Source of the DNA: a virus
Lineage: Duplodnaviria; Caudoviricetes
IMG/VR virus record: IMGVR_UViG_3300042480_000777
Coordinates: 1 to 57,915 of that record
Reading direction: 5' to 3' (one strand)
Length of the DNA: 57,915 nt
This document shows positions 34,989 through 43,754 of the stretch, in pieces. Both the position numbers and the translations under genes were made by a program. Position 1 is the stretch's first letter. The number at the start of each line of letters is the position of its first letter. Under the pieces are notes generated by a model. The model was not told the origin of the DNA. It ran no database searches and saw nothing but the letters and a program-made list of their open reading frames with translations.

Positions 34989-35234
34989 TCAAACTATCGG
35001 CAGGGGCTGCTGCCCGCGCAGCGTTGCGCGAATGGCCAGCGTCTGCTTCAGGTGCGCCTGCACGCGCTGCAGCTCATCGACAGAGACGTCGGCCAGCTGC
35101 GCGCGGTAGACGTCGGCCAGGCTCGAGAGCATCTTGTCGATGTGCACAAGCGGGTCGGCGCCGCGGAACTCGGCCACGGCAGTGGAGGCGCTCTGCAGCT
35201 CGCGAATGGCGACCATGCCTGCGTCTTCCATCAC
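34989..35234 (-). CDS. Small helical protein after the portal gene
   Basis: 81 aa, start overlaps the portal stop. Confidence 0.7.
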   Translation of the reverse strand: MMEDAGMVAIRELQSASTAVAEFRGADPLVHIDKMLSSLADVYRAQLADVSVDELQRVQAHLKQTLAIRATLRGQQPLPIV

Positions 35235-37573
35235 ACCTCCGGCGTCTCAATGCCGCCGCGCACGCCGTCCATGCCGGTCATGGCCTGGGGGTCGGGCTGA
35301 GGCGCGTTCATCTGCATCTGCGCATCCATCGGCACGCCCGGCTCGGCCGGGCTGGTGTTGCCACGCGGCTCGATGGCGAACTGCTCGTTGCCGCCCATGC
35401 GCACCATCGTGCCCTGGTCGTCCTGCACGGGCGGACCGTTGAGCTGGGCGATCGACGGGTCCGGCGTCGCGTCCTGCCAGCCGGAGCTGCGCAGGATCTC
35501 GTCGCCGGCCGGCGCGATGGTCGGATTGCTGGTGGCCACACCGCCGGCCTGCAGCGCAGCGTAGACCGCCTCGACGCGCTTGTTGACCGCCTCGGCCACA
35601 ATCATGTCGATGCGCGCCAGGGTCTCGCGCGACTTGGCCTGTGCGAGCTCGGCGTCGGCCATCATATTCTGGACCTTGGCCTGGGCCTCCTGCAGCATGA
35701 GCTGAGCCTGGGCCTGTGCGAGTTCAGCCTGCATCCGTGCCTGCGGGCTGTTGATCTCTTCCTTGACCTCGTCCTCGCTCTTGACCACGTCACCCAGCTC
35801 GTTGGCCTCGGCGCGCATGCGGTTGAGCTTGTCGCGCTTGATGTAGGGTGCGTCGAGGTCGTTGGCGGTGAGGTTGGCGAACTCGTTGAGCTGCCGCGCC
35901 CTCACCTCCTTGGCCACCAGGCTGGCTGTGCCGCGGGCCTTCACGTCGAAGTCGCCCTTGATGCTGTTGTCCTTGTGGAACTGCATGTTCCAGCGGTACA
36001 GCGCGGTCAGGAATGGCCGGGTCACGCCCTCGTCCCAGGCGGTGATCAGGTCCTTGATCACGATGTTGGCCGCGCCCATCAGCATCGACATGCCCGAGGC
36101 GGTGCCGGCCGCGCCGGCGCCCACGTTCTCGCCGCTCATGTAGCGCGGGATCGCGGTGACCTCGTCGGCGTTGTTCTCGAAGCGGTCGGCCATGCCGGCC
36201 AGGTCACCCAGGCGCGAGGGCAGCTCGATCGAGCGCACCGCCGGCTGGCCGGGCTGGGCCGTGTTGCGGAACCAGATCTTCCACGGGTGCATCTCGTCCA
36301 TGCGATCCGTGTTGGACAGCAGGCCCGGCGCGACCTCGAGCATCGGGCCCGAGGTGATCGCGCTGTTGTCGAGCATCATGCGCACGCTGGCGTTCAGCAT
36401 GGTCTGGTCATCGCGCATCACCGCGGCCAGGCCCTCGCCGAAGATCGACGTCTCGTCCTTGTCGAAGTAGTACAGGTGGTACGGCCAGGTCACGCCGTTG
36501 ATCGGCTGCAGCACCGCCTTGATCACTTCGCCGTTGGGCAGCAGCCAGACGTTGCTGAAGAACGTCTCGTGCATGCGATCCTCGGGGACCTTGACGCCCA
36601 CGCCCTTGAGCTTGGCGCCATCGATGTAGCCCCAGCGCTCGAGCACCTCGTACTGGTTCTGCTTGTTGCCCTGGTTCGCTGTGCGCTCGCCGATGATGCG
36701 CAGCTCGTTGTCGTAGTAGCGCAGCTTGATCTCGCCGTCCGGGTGCGCCTTCAGGTACGCGACGATCTTGGCGCGATCAAAGCTCTTGCGCTGCGCGAGC
36801 TCGGCCAGGTCGGCCCGGGTCATGTTGTGCCGCTCGTACACGTACTTGCACTGCTCGAGCGTCGTGGCGTTCATGTCCGGGTAGAAGCGCCAGATGGGCA
36901 CGTAGTCCACGAACGGGACCACGTAGGTCTCGGACTTCGGCACCCAGTTTTTGCCCTGCTGCGTGAACGTCGTGCGGATCTTGCGCTCGACCAGCGGGCC
37001 CTTCATGATCCCCGTGCCGTACAGGTGGCCGCTGTGGATCGTCTTGATCGAGACGTCCTTGTAGCGCGCCTCGACCAACTGGTCCTCGATGACCTTGGAC
37101 ATCTTCTTGGCCGACTGGCGCACCACCTCGAGCAGGAAGCGATCGAGCGCCTCCGGCGGAACCGGCTGGCCGCGCGACATGCGCTGCAGCTGCTGGGCCG
37201 CCGCGGCGCGCTGCTCACGCGACACGCTGGGCACCGGCGTGCTGTCGACCTCCCAGTTCTTCTCGGCGCCAGCCGGGAACAGGAGGTCGGCCACGCGGCT
37301 GTCGACGGTCTTGACCTTGACCCGGGTCTTGCGCACGAACGCCTTCGAGCGGTTCGGCCCGATGGCCGCCAGCACGTCGGGGTCGTACTTGCCACGGTAC
37401 TGGCGCAGGTCCATCAGCCAGCGCTCCTCGGTCAGGCGCCGGTCGAGCTCAGCTCGGGCGAACTCGGCCAGCAGGTCGACGCCCAGGGAATCCAGGGCCA
37501 CCGTCTGCTGCGGATCGTCGCGGAGCTGGTCTACGGCGGCCAGCGCGTATTGGGTCTGATCTGATGCGTCCAC
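35231..37573 (-). CDS. Portal protein
   Basis: 780 aa; HLYGTGIMKGP, FYPD, SIFGEGL, GTASGMSMLM, KGDFDVKARG; follows the terminase. Confidence 0.9.
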   Translation of the reverse strand: MDASDQTQYALAAVDQLRDDPQQTVALDSLGVDLLAEFARAELDRRLTEERWLMDLRQYRGKYDPDVLAAIGPNRSKAFVRKTRVKVKTVDSRVADLLFPAGAEKNWEVDSTPVPSVSREQRAAAAQQLQRMSRGQPVPPEALDRFLLEVVRQSAKKMSKVIEDQLVEARYKDVSIKTIHSGHLYGTGIMKGPLVERKIRTTFTQQGKNWVPKSETYVVPFVDYVPIWRFYPDMNATTLEQCKYVYERHNMTRADLAELAQRKSFDRAKIVAYLKAHPDGEIKLRYYDNELRIIGERTANQGNKQNQYEVLERWGYIDGAKLKGVGVKVPEDRMHETFFSNVWLLPNGEVIKAVLQPINGVTWPYHLYYFDKDETSIFGEGLAAVMRDDQTMLNASVRMMLDNSAITSGPMLEVAPGLLSNTDRMDEMHPWKIWFRNTAQPGQPAVRSIELPSRLGDLAGMADRFENNADEVTAIPRYMSGENVGAGAAGTASGMSMLMGAANIVIKDLITAWDEGVTRPFLTALYRWNMQFHKDNSIKGDFDVKARGTASLVAKEVRARQLNEFANLTANDLDAPYIKRDKLNRMRAEANELGDVVKSEDEVKEEINSPQARMQAELAQAQAQLMLQEAQAKVQNMMADAELAQAKSRETLARIDMIVAEAVNKRVEAVYAALQAGGVATSNPTIAPAGDEILRSSGWQDATPDPSIAQLNGPPVQDDQGTMVRMGGNEQFAIEPRGNTSPAEPGVPMDAQMQMNAPQPDPQAMTGMDGVRGGIETPEV

Positions 37574-37574
37574 G

Positions 37575-37943
37575 TCAGGCCAGGTATCGGAGCTTGTAGA
37601 GCGTGGTGGCGACGAGCTCCATCATGTCGTCGCACACCTGCTGCAGGTAGCCGTTGTCGGCGCACTCGCTGCGTGCGTCACCGATCACGACCTTGAGGGA
37701 CCCGAGCATCCTGATGGGGTCGCGATCCATCTTGAAGCTCGAGCCGCCGAACTTGATGAGCTCGCCGTAGCAGCCCATGTAGGTCTCGGCGAAGCGATCG
37801 GCGAGCTCGGCGATGCCCTCGTAGAACTCGGCCAGGGCGGTGTGCCTGGCGAACGATCCCGGGCCGCTGACCGACAGGTGCGCAACGTGCGCCGCGGTGC
37901 GGGCGTTGAGCAGGGTCAGGACGAACTCGCCCGGGTTCTTCAT
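37575..37943 (-). CDS. Ferritin/Dps-like four-helix protein (DUF5856-like)
   Basis: AHVAHL..HTALAEFYE..DRFAETYMG..TLYKLRYL. Confidence 0.75.
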   Translation of the reverse strand: MKNPGEFVLTLLNARTAAHVAHLSVSGPGSFARHTALAEFYEGIAELADRFAETYMGCYGELIKFGGSSFKMDRDPIRMLGSLKVVIGDARSECADNGYLQQVCDDMMELVATTLYKLRYLA

Positions 37944-38155
37944 GCCGACTTCTCCTCGTCCTTGGACTTGGCCTTGGCCTTGTCTTTGACGTCCTCGCCC
38001 TTGGCGGCCTTGCCGTCCTCGAGGTCAGCGTAGGCCGTGATGTAGGCGTCCTTGTCGGTCGCTGCGGCCTTCTTGGCGGCGGCGGCCACGGCGTTCTGCG
38101 CCGGCGCGTCCTCTTCGCCCTCGGTCCAGGCGTCTGCGTATGCGGTCTTGTCCAT
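37940..38155 (-). CDS. Small charged hypothetical protein
   Basis: 71 aa; GAGGA RBS; internal DKxAYxxAW/Y duplication. Confidence 0.7.
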   Translation of the reverse strand: MDKTAYADAWTEGEEDAPAQNAVAAAAKKAAATDKDAYITAYADLEDGKAAKGEDVKDKAKAKSKDEEKSA

Positions 38156-38164
38156 CGCGTGTCC

Positions 38165-39700
38165 TCAGTAGCCGGCCGAAGTCGGCGGCTTGTACGAGCC
38201 CCCGGGCGCACCCAGGGTCTCCTTGATCCGCGGCGCCACAGGCACGGCGAACGTCAGGGCCAGCGCGTCGCCGCCGTCGGGGCTGCGGATGCCGCGCTTG
38301 GCCATCTTCTTCTTCGACTCCAGCAGCTTCTTGCCGTTGGAGTGCACCTCGGGCTGAGGTGCCGTCACGTCGGCCATCAGCGCCGCGTCGTTCGGGATGC
38401 GGCACGGGAAGTCGTGGAACCACTCCTCCATGCGCCACCACATGCCGGCGCGGATGTTCTCGTAGCGCTCCGGGTCGATGTCGCGCTCGGCGTTGTTGAC
38501 GCCGATCACCGGCACGTTCAGCTCAACCAACCGATCGTGGATGCCAGCACCCAGGCCGCCCTTGTCGACGATGATCGCGTCGGGCTGCATCGTGTTCCAG
38601 ATCTCGACCAGGCGGCCGGCGATCTGCATCGTGTTCCAGTCCTCCGGCAACCACTCGAGGCGGAAGCAGGTGCGACCCTGGCGGAACGCGATCGCGCTGC
38701 GGTCGTGCTTGCCCTCGCCGTCGCCGGCCGGGTCGCAGCCGATGATCAACGGACCCGAGCGCTCCCGGAAGTCCGTGGCAGCCGCCCGCGCCACCGCGTT
38801 CGGGCTGATCAGCGGGTTCAGCGTCGACGTCTTGAACGCCAGCGCCGCAGTAGCCGGGTACTCCTGGTCGAACAGCCACTCGTGGCCGCGGCCGTAGGTG
38901 GAGATCTTGTTCGCCCGCCACTGCATCTGCTCCATGTCCAGCCCGTAGGCCAGCATGTACTCGCGGTCCTCGTCGGACAGCTCGAAGTCCTCGCGCACCT
39001 TGGCGCGGTACTCGGCCTGCCAGTACCAGGGCACGAAGATGGCGATGTACTCGCCACGCCCGGCCTCGGCCTCCTGCCACATCGTGTGGAACTGGTTGCC
39101 CAGGCCGTTGGCCGTGGACTCGAGGATGATCTCGCTGCCCGGCAGGTCACCGATGGTGTTGCCGATGCCCGCGAGGTGCATCGCCGCGTTGTCCCAGAAC
39201 GCGAACTCCGAGCCGTGCAGCAGCTGCGCGGTGTTCGATCGACCGACGTCCTTGGTGCCCGCGGTGGCCAGCTTGTAGCCACCGTCGAGCTTGTCGAAGA
39301 TCAGCTCCTGCGCGTTCGTCGCGCCAGTGCTGATCGGGCAAGGGTTGTTCTCGTGGTAGCGCTTGACCATCGAGAACAGGTTGTTCGTCGCCTTCTGCTC
39401 GTGCGCCACGATGAACGCACGCTGGCCGTGGAACATCGAGGTCTTGTGGTAGTAGCGCGCCCCGACGTAGGTCGAGACACCCTGCTGCCGGCCCTTCAGG
39501 ATCAGCGCCCGGACCCTGCCGGTCTCGGCGAGCTGCCTCTCCAGGCGCTCGTGCACGAAGCTCTGCGCCTGGTTGAACAGGAACGGCAGCTTGGTGCCCG
39601 CCTTGTCGAGGATCTTCAGGCAGTGCGCGCTGTAGACCTCGAGGCTCTTCTGCAGCCGCCGGATCTTGGCGAGCTGATCAGGATCGAAGGCCTCGGCCAT
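38165..39700 (-). CDS. terL: Terminase large subunit
   Basis: LKGRQQGVST (Walker A), LLHGSEFAFW (Walker B), ESTANG, GCDPA and SPDGGDALALTF nuclease motifs. Confidence 0.95.
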   Translation of the reverse strand: MAEAFDPDQLAKIRRLQKSLEVYSAHCLKILDKAGTKLPFLFNQAQSFVHERLERQLAETGRVRALILKGRQQGVSTYVGARYYHKTSMFHGQRAFIVAHEQKATNNLFSMVKRYHENNPCPISTGATNAQELIFDKLDGGYKLATAGTKDVGRSNTAQLLHGSEFAFWDNAAMHLAGIGNTIGDLPGSEIILESTANGLGNQFHTMWQEAEAGRGEYIAIFVPWYWQAEYRAKVREDFELSDEDREYMLAYGLDMEQMQWRANKISTYGRGHEWLFDQEYPATAALAFKTSTLNPLISPNAVARAAATDFRERSGPLIIGCDPAGDGEGKHDRSAIAFRQGRTCFRLEWLPEDWNTMQIAGRLVEIWNTMQPDAIIVDKGGLGAGIHDRLVELNVPVIGVNNAERDIDPERYENIRAGMWWRMEEWFHDFPCRIPNDAALMADVTAPQPEVHSNGKKLLESKKKMAKRGIRSPDGGDALALTFAVPVAPRIKETLGAPGGSYKPPTSAGY

Positions 39701-40356
39701 CAGTCCTCCGCGGCCTGAACCCGGCGCAGCATCTCCTCGAACTCACCGGCGGACTTCTTCTCGGCATCCAGGCCGAAGATCTTGCGCTGCAGCGGCAGGT
39801 ACACGCCGTGGCTGCCAGCGACCTCCTTGGCCATCTTCACTCGCCCGGCCAGGCTGATGATGTAGCGGTACAGCTCATTGACCTTGTCGGTCTTCCACGC
39901 GCCGTTGGCCGTTGGTCCCGACTCATCCATCGCGTCGGCGATCGCCTCGAGAGCGGCGCGGAACTTCGGGTCGCCCAGCGTCACCAGCTCCTGCAGCTGA
40001 TTGCGGCTGTTGTCGATGGCCAGCTTCACGTCCTCGCGCTGGATCTGATCGACCGACGCCACGATGTCGGCGTACTTGTCGACCACCTGCGCATCGGTCA
40101 GCTTGGCCTCTTTGGTTTCCAAGCCGGTTTGGTAACTCGCCTTGGTAACCGCGGCCTTGGTAACCTTCTCTTTCGCTTTGGCCTGAATCTTTTCGCTCAG
40201 GTCGCGCGTCCAGCCGTACTGCTTGGCCTTCTTCTGGATCGCCACATGGGACACCCCACGCTCTTCGGCGATCTGCCTCAGTGTCTTGATGCCGGCCCGG
40301 TAGTCCTTCTCGATGAGCTCCCAGTCGATCGGCTGCCTATCCGCCTTGCCGGTCAT
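39700..40356 (-). CDS. terS: Terminase small subunit
   Basis: DWELIEKDYRAGIKTLRQIA..GVSHVAIQKKAKQYGWTRDL HTH; directly upstream of terL. Confidence 0.85.
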   Translation of the reverse strand: MTGKADRQPIDWELIEKDYRAGIKTLRQIAEERGVSHVAIQKKAKQYGWTRDLSEKIQAKAKEKVTKAAVTKASYQTGLETKEAKLTDAQVVDKYADIVASVDQIQREDVKLAIDNSRNQLQELVTLGDPKFRAALEAIADAMDESGPTANGAWKTDKVNELYRYIISLAGRVKMAKEVAGSHGVYLPLQRKIFGLDAEKKSAGEFEEMLRRVQAAED

Positions 40357-40359
40357 GAC

Positions 40360-40497
40360 CTACTGACAGGCCTCGCACTCACCCTCACCCGGGTTGAGCG
40401 GGCAGGCGGGCGCCAGGGGCGCGTCGGAGTCGAGGTCGAGCTCGAAGCCCTCGAAGTCTTCGGCCTGCTGCTGCGCTTGCGGGTTGGGGTTGCTCAT
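40360..40497 (-). CDS. 45-aa acidic peptide ending ACPLNPGEGECEACQ
   Basis: Fills the gap between the lysis-region gene and terS exactly; G/C-ending codons. Confidence 0.7.
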   Translation of the reverse strand: MSNPNPQAQQQAEDFEGFELDLDSDAPLAPACPLNPGEGECEACQ

Positions 40498-40499
40498 GA

Positions 40500-40871
40500 T
40501 CACTTGCCTACGATCACGGGTGGGTTGGCTGCGGGCGCCGAGGGCTGACGCACCCACAGGCCCGAGATCACCGCGCCCAGCACGGCGACCACGACGTACT
40601 TGGTCACGGTCTGCACCATGTCGCTCGAGTGCTTGTTCAGTGGCTGGCTCTGCTCGAGCACGGCGATGCGCTCGCCCAGGCTCTTGATCTCGGTGAAGGC
40701 GCGACCGATGCTGTCACTCGTGTTCGCCTGACGCTCTTCGACGACCGCCAGACGCGCTACTGCGTTGGCCAAGTCTTTCATGGTTGCCTTGATCTCCTGC
40801 AAGTCCGCGCTCATGGACTGCATGCGCGAGAGGGCGACAGCGAGTTCGGTGGCTTCTGGCGTCATGTTCAC
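40500..40871 (-). CDS. Coiled-coil plus single-TM lysis-region protein
   Basis: LAVVEERQ coiled coil, C-terminal YVVVAVLGAVISGLW helix. Confidence 0.7.
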   Translation of the reverse strand: MNMTPEATELAVALSRMQSMSADLQEIKATMKDLANAVARLAVVEERQANTSDSIGRAFTEIKSLGERIAVLEQSQPLNKHSSDMVQTVTKYVVVAVLGAVISGLWVRQPSAPAANPPVIVGK

Positions 40872-41395
40872 TTCTCAATGGCGTCAACCCAGCCCTGAAG
40901 CCCGGTCACTTGGTCTCGGAGTCGGTCAGCTTCCGCTGCCACTCCTCGATACTCTTCTGCGCACGCGCCGAGGAGCTCTCGGGCGACGGTGGCTTCGCGA
41001 GCGTGGCCGGCAGCCGCGGGGCAGCTGGGGGCGTCGGGCAGGGGGCGGGCGTTGAGGGCGGCGATGGTGTCGCGCAGGCCGTCAGCAGCGCGCTCAGCGC
41101 GAACAGCACGAACAGCAGTAGCAGCCTGGGCCTTGCCCAAGTCGTCCACGATTCTCTGAGCCTCATCTGCACGTCGCTTCTCCTCGTCGCGGGCCGCCTT
41201 CTGTGCGGCCGCGTACTGTGTGGCGAGCGCAGCGCGCTCCTCGCTCCAGGCGGCGCGCTCCTGCGCCCAGTCCGCCTTGGTCAGCTTCACCCCGAAGTGG
41301 TAGCCGGTGAAGAGCAGGGCGGCCGCCAGGGCCAGCACCGCCACCGCCTTCACCCAGGCCCGGGCGGCGTAGGCAGCAAGCACGGGCGGAATCAC
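40868..41395 (-). CDS. Inner-membrane spanin (Rz-like)
   Basis: N-terminal TM, Ala-rich coiled coil, follows the endolysin. Confidence 0.8.
   Translation of the reverse strand: MIPPVLAAYAARAWVKAVAVLALAAALLFTGYHFGVKLTKADWAQERAAWSEERAALATQYAAAQKAARDEEKRRADEAQRIVDDLGKAQAATAVRAVRAERAADGLRDTIAALNARPLPDAPSCPAAAGHAREATVARELLGACAEEYRGVAAEADRLRDQVTGLQGWVDAIEK
40906..41172 (-). CDS. Outer-membrane spanin lipoprotein (Rz1-like), embedded in the i-spanin gene
   Basis: Hydrophobic signal plus lipobox LTAC, Pro-rich mature part, fully nested in another frame. Confidence 0.8.
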   Translation of the reverse strand: MQMRLRESWTTWARPRLLLLFVLFALSALLTACATPSPPSTPAPCPTPPAAPRLPATLAKPPSPESSSARAQKSIEEWQRKLTDSETK

Positions 41396-41880
41396 TCAGC
41401 CTCCCCGATGCACTGCTTGTACTCAGCCTGGCGGCGGTTGGTCAGGCCTCGCAGCGGCTGCCCCTGGAACTTGTCCCAGCGCAGGATCTCCTTGCACGCC
41501 CCGTCGTAGTCCAGGGCGTTGAGCTTGCGCGCCAGCGTGCTCGTGCAGAACGCGGTCTCGCCGATGTTGTACGTCAGCGAGACGTAGGCCGAGAACTCGT
41601 ACTGGTGCATGGGCACCGGCGCGCAGCGCTTGACGGCGCGCTCTGCCTTGGCGGCGTCATTGAGCAACAGCACCAGGGCCCGCGTGGGCGGCACCTTCTC
41701 GCCCGGCCTCATCGGCGCGCCGTCCTCGCGCCGGGTTGAGCCGAAGCCACCCGTGTCGACGTCACCCGGCACCGGCGGCTTGGCCACCGGCTCGTAGCCC
41801 TCATGCAGCGCCAGGCCCACCAGGGCGGAGGCGCTGAGCACGAGTGCCGCGACCTTGGTGCGAGCCTGCGGCGGGATCAT
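41392..41880 (-). CDS. Endolysin, GH24 lysozyme with SAR-like N-terminus
   Basis: VAALVLSASALVGLALHEGY..GDVDTGGFGST (E-8x-D-type triad region), YNIG, GLTNRRQAE. Confidence 0.9.
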   Translation of the reverse strand: MIPPQARTKVAALVLSASALVGLALHEGYEPVAKPPVPGDVDTGGFGSTRREDGAPMRPGEKVPPTRALVLLLNDAAKAERAVKRCAPVPMHQYEFSAYVSLTYNIGETAFCTSTLARKLNALDYDGACKEILRWDKFQGQPLRGLTNRRQAEYKQCIGEAE

Positions 41881-42086
41881 TGGCGCAGCCTCGGTTGCGC
41901 CACCAGGCGCGACACCGCCGCACCCAGGGAGACCACGATGGCGAGCGCCGCGAACGTGCCGCGGTGCACAGCATCGCTGAACAGCGGCAGCGCCACCTCG
42001 GCGCCGGACAGGATTGCGGACAGCACGACCAGGCGCATAGACCACGCCCTGGTCGCAACCGCCTTCCAGTTGTCGATCAGAGTCAT
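41877..42086 (-). CDS. Holin
   Basis: MTLIDNWKAVATRAWSMRL.., two TMs, RLVAQPRL end; directly upstream of the endolysin. Confidence 0.75.
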   Translation of the reverse strand: MTLIDNWKAVATRAWSMRLVVLSAILSGAEVALPLFSDAVHRGTFAALAIVVSLGAAVSRLVAQPRLRQ

Positions 42087-42101
42087 GGGAGGCCTCGGAG
42101 A

Positions 42102-42178
42102 TGGTTGCGGGAGACGGATTCGAACCGCCGGCCAGCGGCGTATGAAGCCGCTGCTCTACCAGGCTGAGCTATCCCGCG
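42102..42178 (-). tRNA. tRNA-Met (CAU), initiator-like acceptor stem
   Basis: CGCGGGA TA GCTC AGCCTGGTA GAGC A GCGGC TTCATAC GCCGC TGGCC GGCGG TTCGAAT CCGTC TCCCGCA A CCA; complete cloverleaf with encoded CCA. Confidence 0.93.
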
Positions 42179-42261
42179 TCTGAAACAGGCATGGCTTCGC
42201 CCTCAAGAGGGGAAGCCACTGGCGTGTTGTTCTTGGCCCGCGCTGTACGCGGTTTGGCGCG

Positions 42262-42301
42262 ACTGTAGCACAGTCTGTTGGCTTATTGCAACACTTTGTT
42301 G
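42262..42301 (-). promoter_or_regulatory. Leftward promoter for tRNA/lysis/late genes with palindromic site
   Basis: TTGCAA-18nt-TACAGT with TGn extension; CAACACTTTGTTG at 42289-42301. Confidence 0.6.
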
Positions 42302-42434
42302 CGCACTCGCCACACGGCACTAGGGTTCTCCCTAATTGACTACCGATTTGGTCGGGCTTTGTTTGCCCTGCGTGTTTTGTTGCACAACAATTTGTTTTGT
42401 CCACCACCAACCTTTTGCAACCAGGAGCAGCGAC

Positions 42435-42650
42435 ATGGACATCTACCGGCAACTCGAGGCCCGCGAAGCCCGCCGCATCAAGAGTGAAAACCGCTACCAC
42501 GCACGCATCGCAGCTCGCGAGGAGGCGGCCGAAAAGATGATCGGTGAACTAAGCAGCGGCAAGTGCTACGTGTGGCCGGTCGGCGGCAAGTACCGCGAAG
42601 GCAGCCGCCTGGAGCTGGTGCAGTTCTTGATTCGCAACCGCTACGCTTGA
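42435..42650 (+). CDS. Early hypothetical protein
   Basis: AGGAG RBS; MDIYRQLEAREARR... Confidence 0.75.
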   Translation: MDIYRQLEAREARRIKSENRYHARIAAREEAAEKMIGELSSGKCYVWPVGGKYREGSRLELVQFLIRNRYA

Positions 42651-42659
42651 GGAGCCGCC

Positions 42660-43019
42660 ATGCCGTTCGCTTACACAGTCAACATGCGCGGCCAGGCTGG
42701 CGCGCTCCGCACCGACCAGCTTGAGGCGGCTGTGGCCGCCGTTGAGCGCGCGCCCAAGAATTACTCGCCTAGCTGGCGGCGCGCGTTGCGGGATGAGCTC
42801 ACGAAGCGCCAGTCGCGCCATGTTGTATCCGAACTCCTCCAGCAAATCGCCGCGCTGCCGAACACGACGGTGCGGCCGTACCGCGAAGGCGGCGGGGTCC
42901 AGATCATCGAGACGCGCACGAACGGCGTCAGGCAGGTCGGTGTCTGGCTCGACCGGCCCGGCACGGTGGGCCACCTGCAGGAGTACCTGCAGACCCGCCA
43001 GGAAAGCCGGCGCGATTAG
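42660..43019 (+). CDS. Early hypothetical protein
   Basis: GAGGAG RBS; 119 aa. Confidence 0.7.
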   Translation: MPFAYTVNMRGQAGALRTDQLEAAVAAVERAPKNYSPSWRRALRDELTKRQSRHVVSELLQQIAALPNTTVRPYREGGGVQIIETRTNGVRQVGVWLDRPGTVGHLQEYLQTRQESRRD

Positions 43020-43078
43020 GGTTTCCCCTAATTCAACACAATGTTGCGCAACATATACTTTCTCTCGTCAACCAACCC
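43016..43078 (+). promoter_or_regulatory. Repeated early promoter unit, copy A
   Basis: TTAGGGTTTCCCCTAA...GCGCAACATATACTTTCTC...CAACCAACC. Confidence 0.7.
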
Positions 43079-43096
43079 TTTCACAGGAGCAACGAC

Positions 43097-43429
43097 ATGA
43101 CCCAGCCCCGCATCTACTGCGCCCTGCAGTTTGCGCCCGCCACACCCGAGGGCCGGCGCCCCTACATCGCCATCTACATCGCCGCGACCAGCTTCGACCT
43201 GGCCGTCAAGTACCTGCGCGAAGAACAGTACCTGGTGGGGCCCGGCGAGACCTACCTACTCTCCGACGAAGCGGTGCGCCGCGGCCCCGCCAGCTGCATC
43301 GTGACCGGCCAGGAGCGCCACGATGAGCCAACGCTCGAACAGCACGCTAACTGGGTGCGCGTCATGACGCGCCCAAGCTGGTGCGACGGCGTGCGCGAAG
43401 GCCCCACCTACATTCGCGTCAAGCATTGA
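43097..43429 (+). CDS. Early hypothetical protein
   Basis: AGGAG RBS; 110 aa. Confidence 0.7.
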   Translation: MTQPRIYCALQFAPATPEGRRPYIAIYIAATSFDLAVKYLREEQYLVGPGETYLLSDEAVRRGPASCIVTGQERHDEPTLEQHANWVRVMTRPSWCDGVREGPTYIRVKH

Positions 43430-43503
43430 TACCCACAACCCGCTGCGGTGGCAGCGGCAAGCCTTCGGGTTTGCCAGTGTCACCCACCAACAGGAGCCAC
43501 ACC

Positions 43504-43740
43504 ATGATCAAGGCAACACAAGACATCCTCAGCGCCGCCCGCCGCAACCCGGCAATCACCAGCGCCGGCCTGATCGACGAGATGGAGCGCGGCGCCATCG
43601 ACGGATGGCGGCATCTGGACAGCGTGCGCTGGGGCACCTTCTCCAGCTGGACGCGGGCCATGTGCGAGGCCGCCGCGGAACTCAAGCGCCTGGAAGACCA
43701 GAAGGCCCGCGCCGTCGCCCGTCGCGCACTGACAGCCTGA
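43504..43740 (+). CDS. Early hypothetical protein
   Basis: AGGAG RBS; MIKATQDILSAARRNP... Confidence 0.7.
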   Translation: MIKATQDILSAARRNPAITSAGLIDEMERGAIDGWRHLDSVRWGTFSSWTRAMCEAAAELKRLEDQKARAVARRALTA

Positions 43741-43754
43741 CCGGGAGAGCCGAA

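Noticed and set aside
34883-37564. 893-aa plus-strand ORF, and similar long antisense ORFs (6237-8075, 8307-10445, 13426-15216, 38159-39718)
   Set aside because: Shadow ORFs opposite well-supported genes, expected from high GC3; products lack recognisable motifs
42102-42178. tRNA as a prophage attachment site or host boundary
   Set aside because: Phage genes flank both sides, and no duplicated tRNA 3' end or integrase is seen
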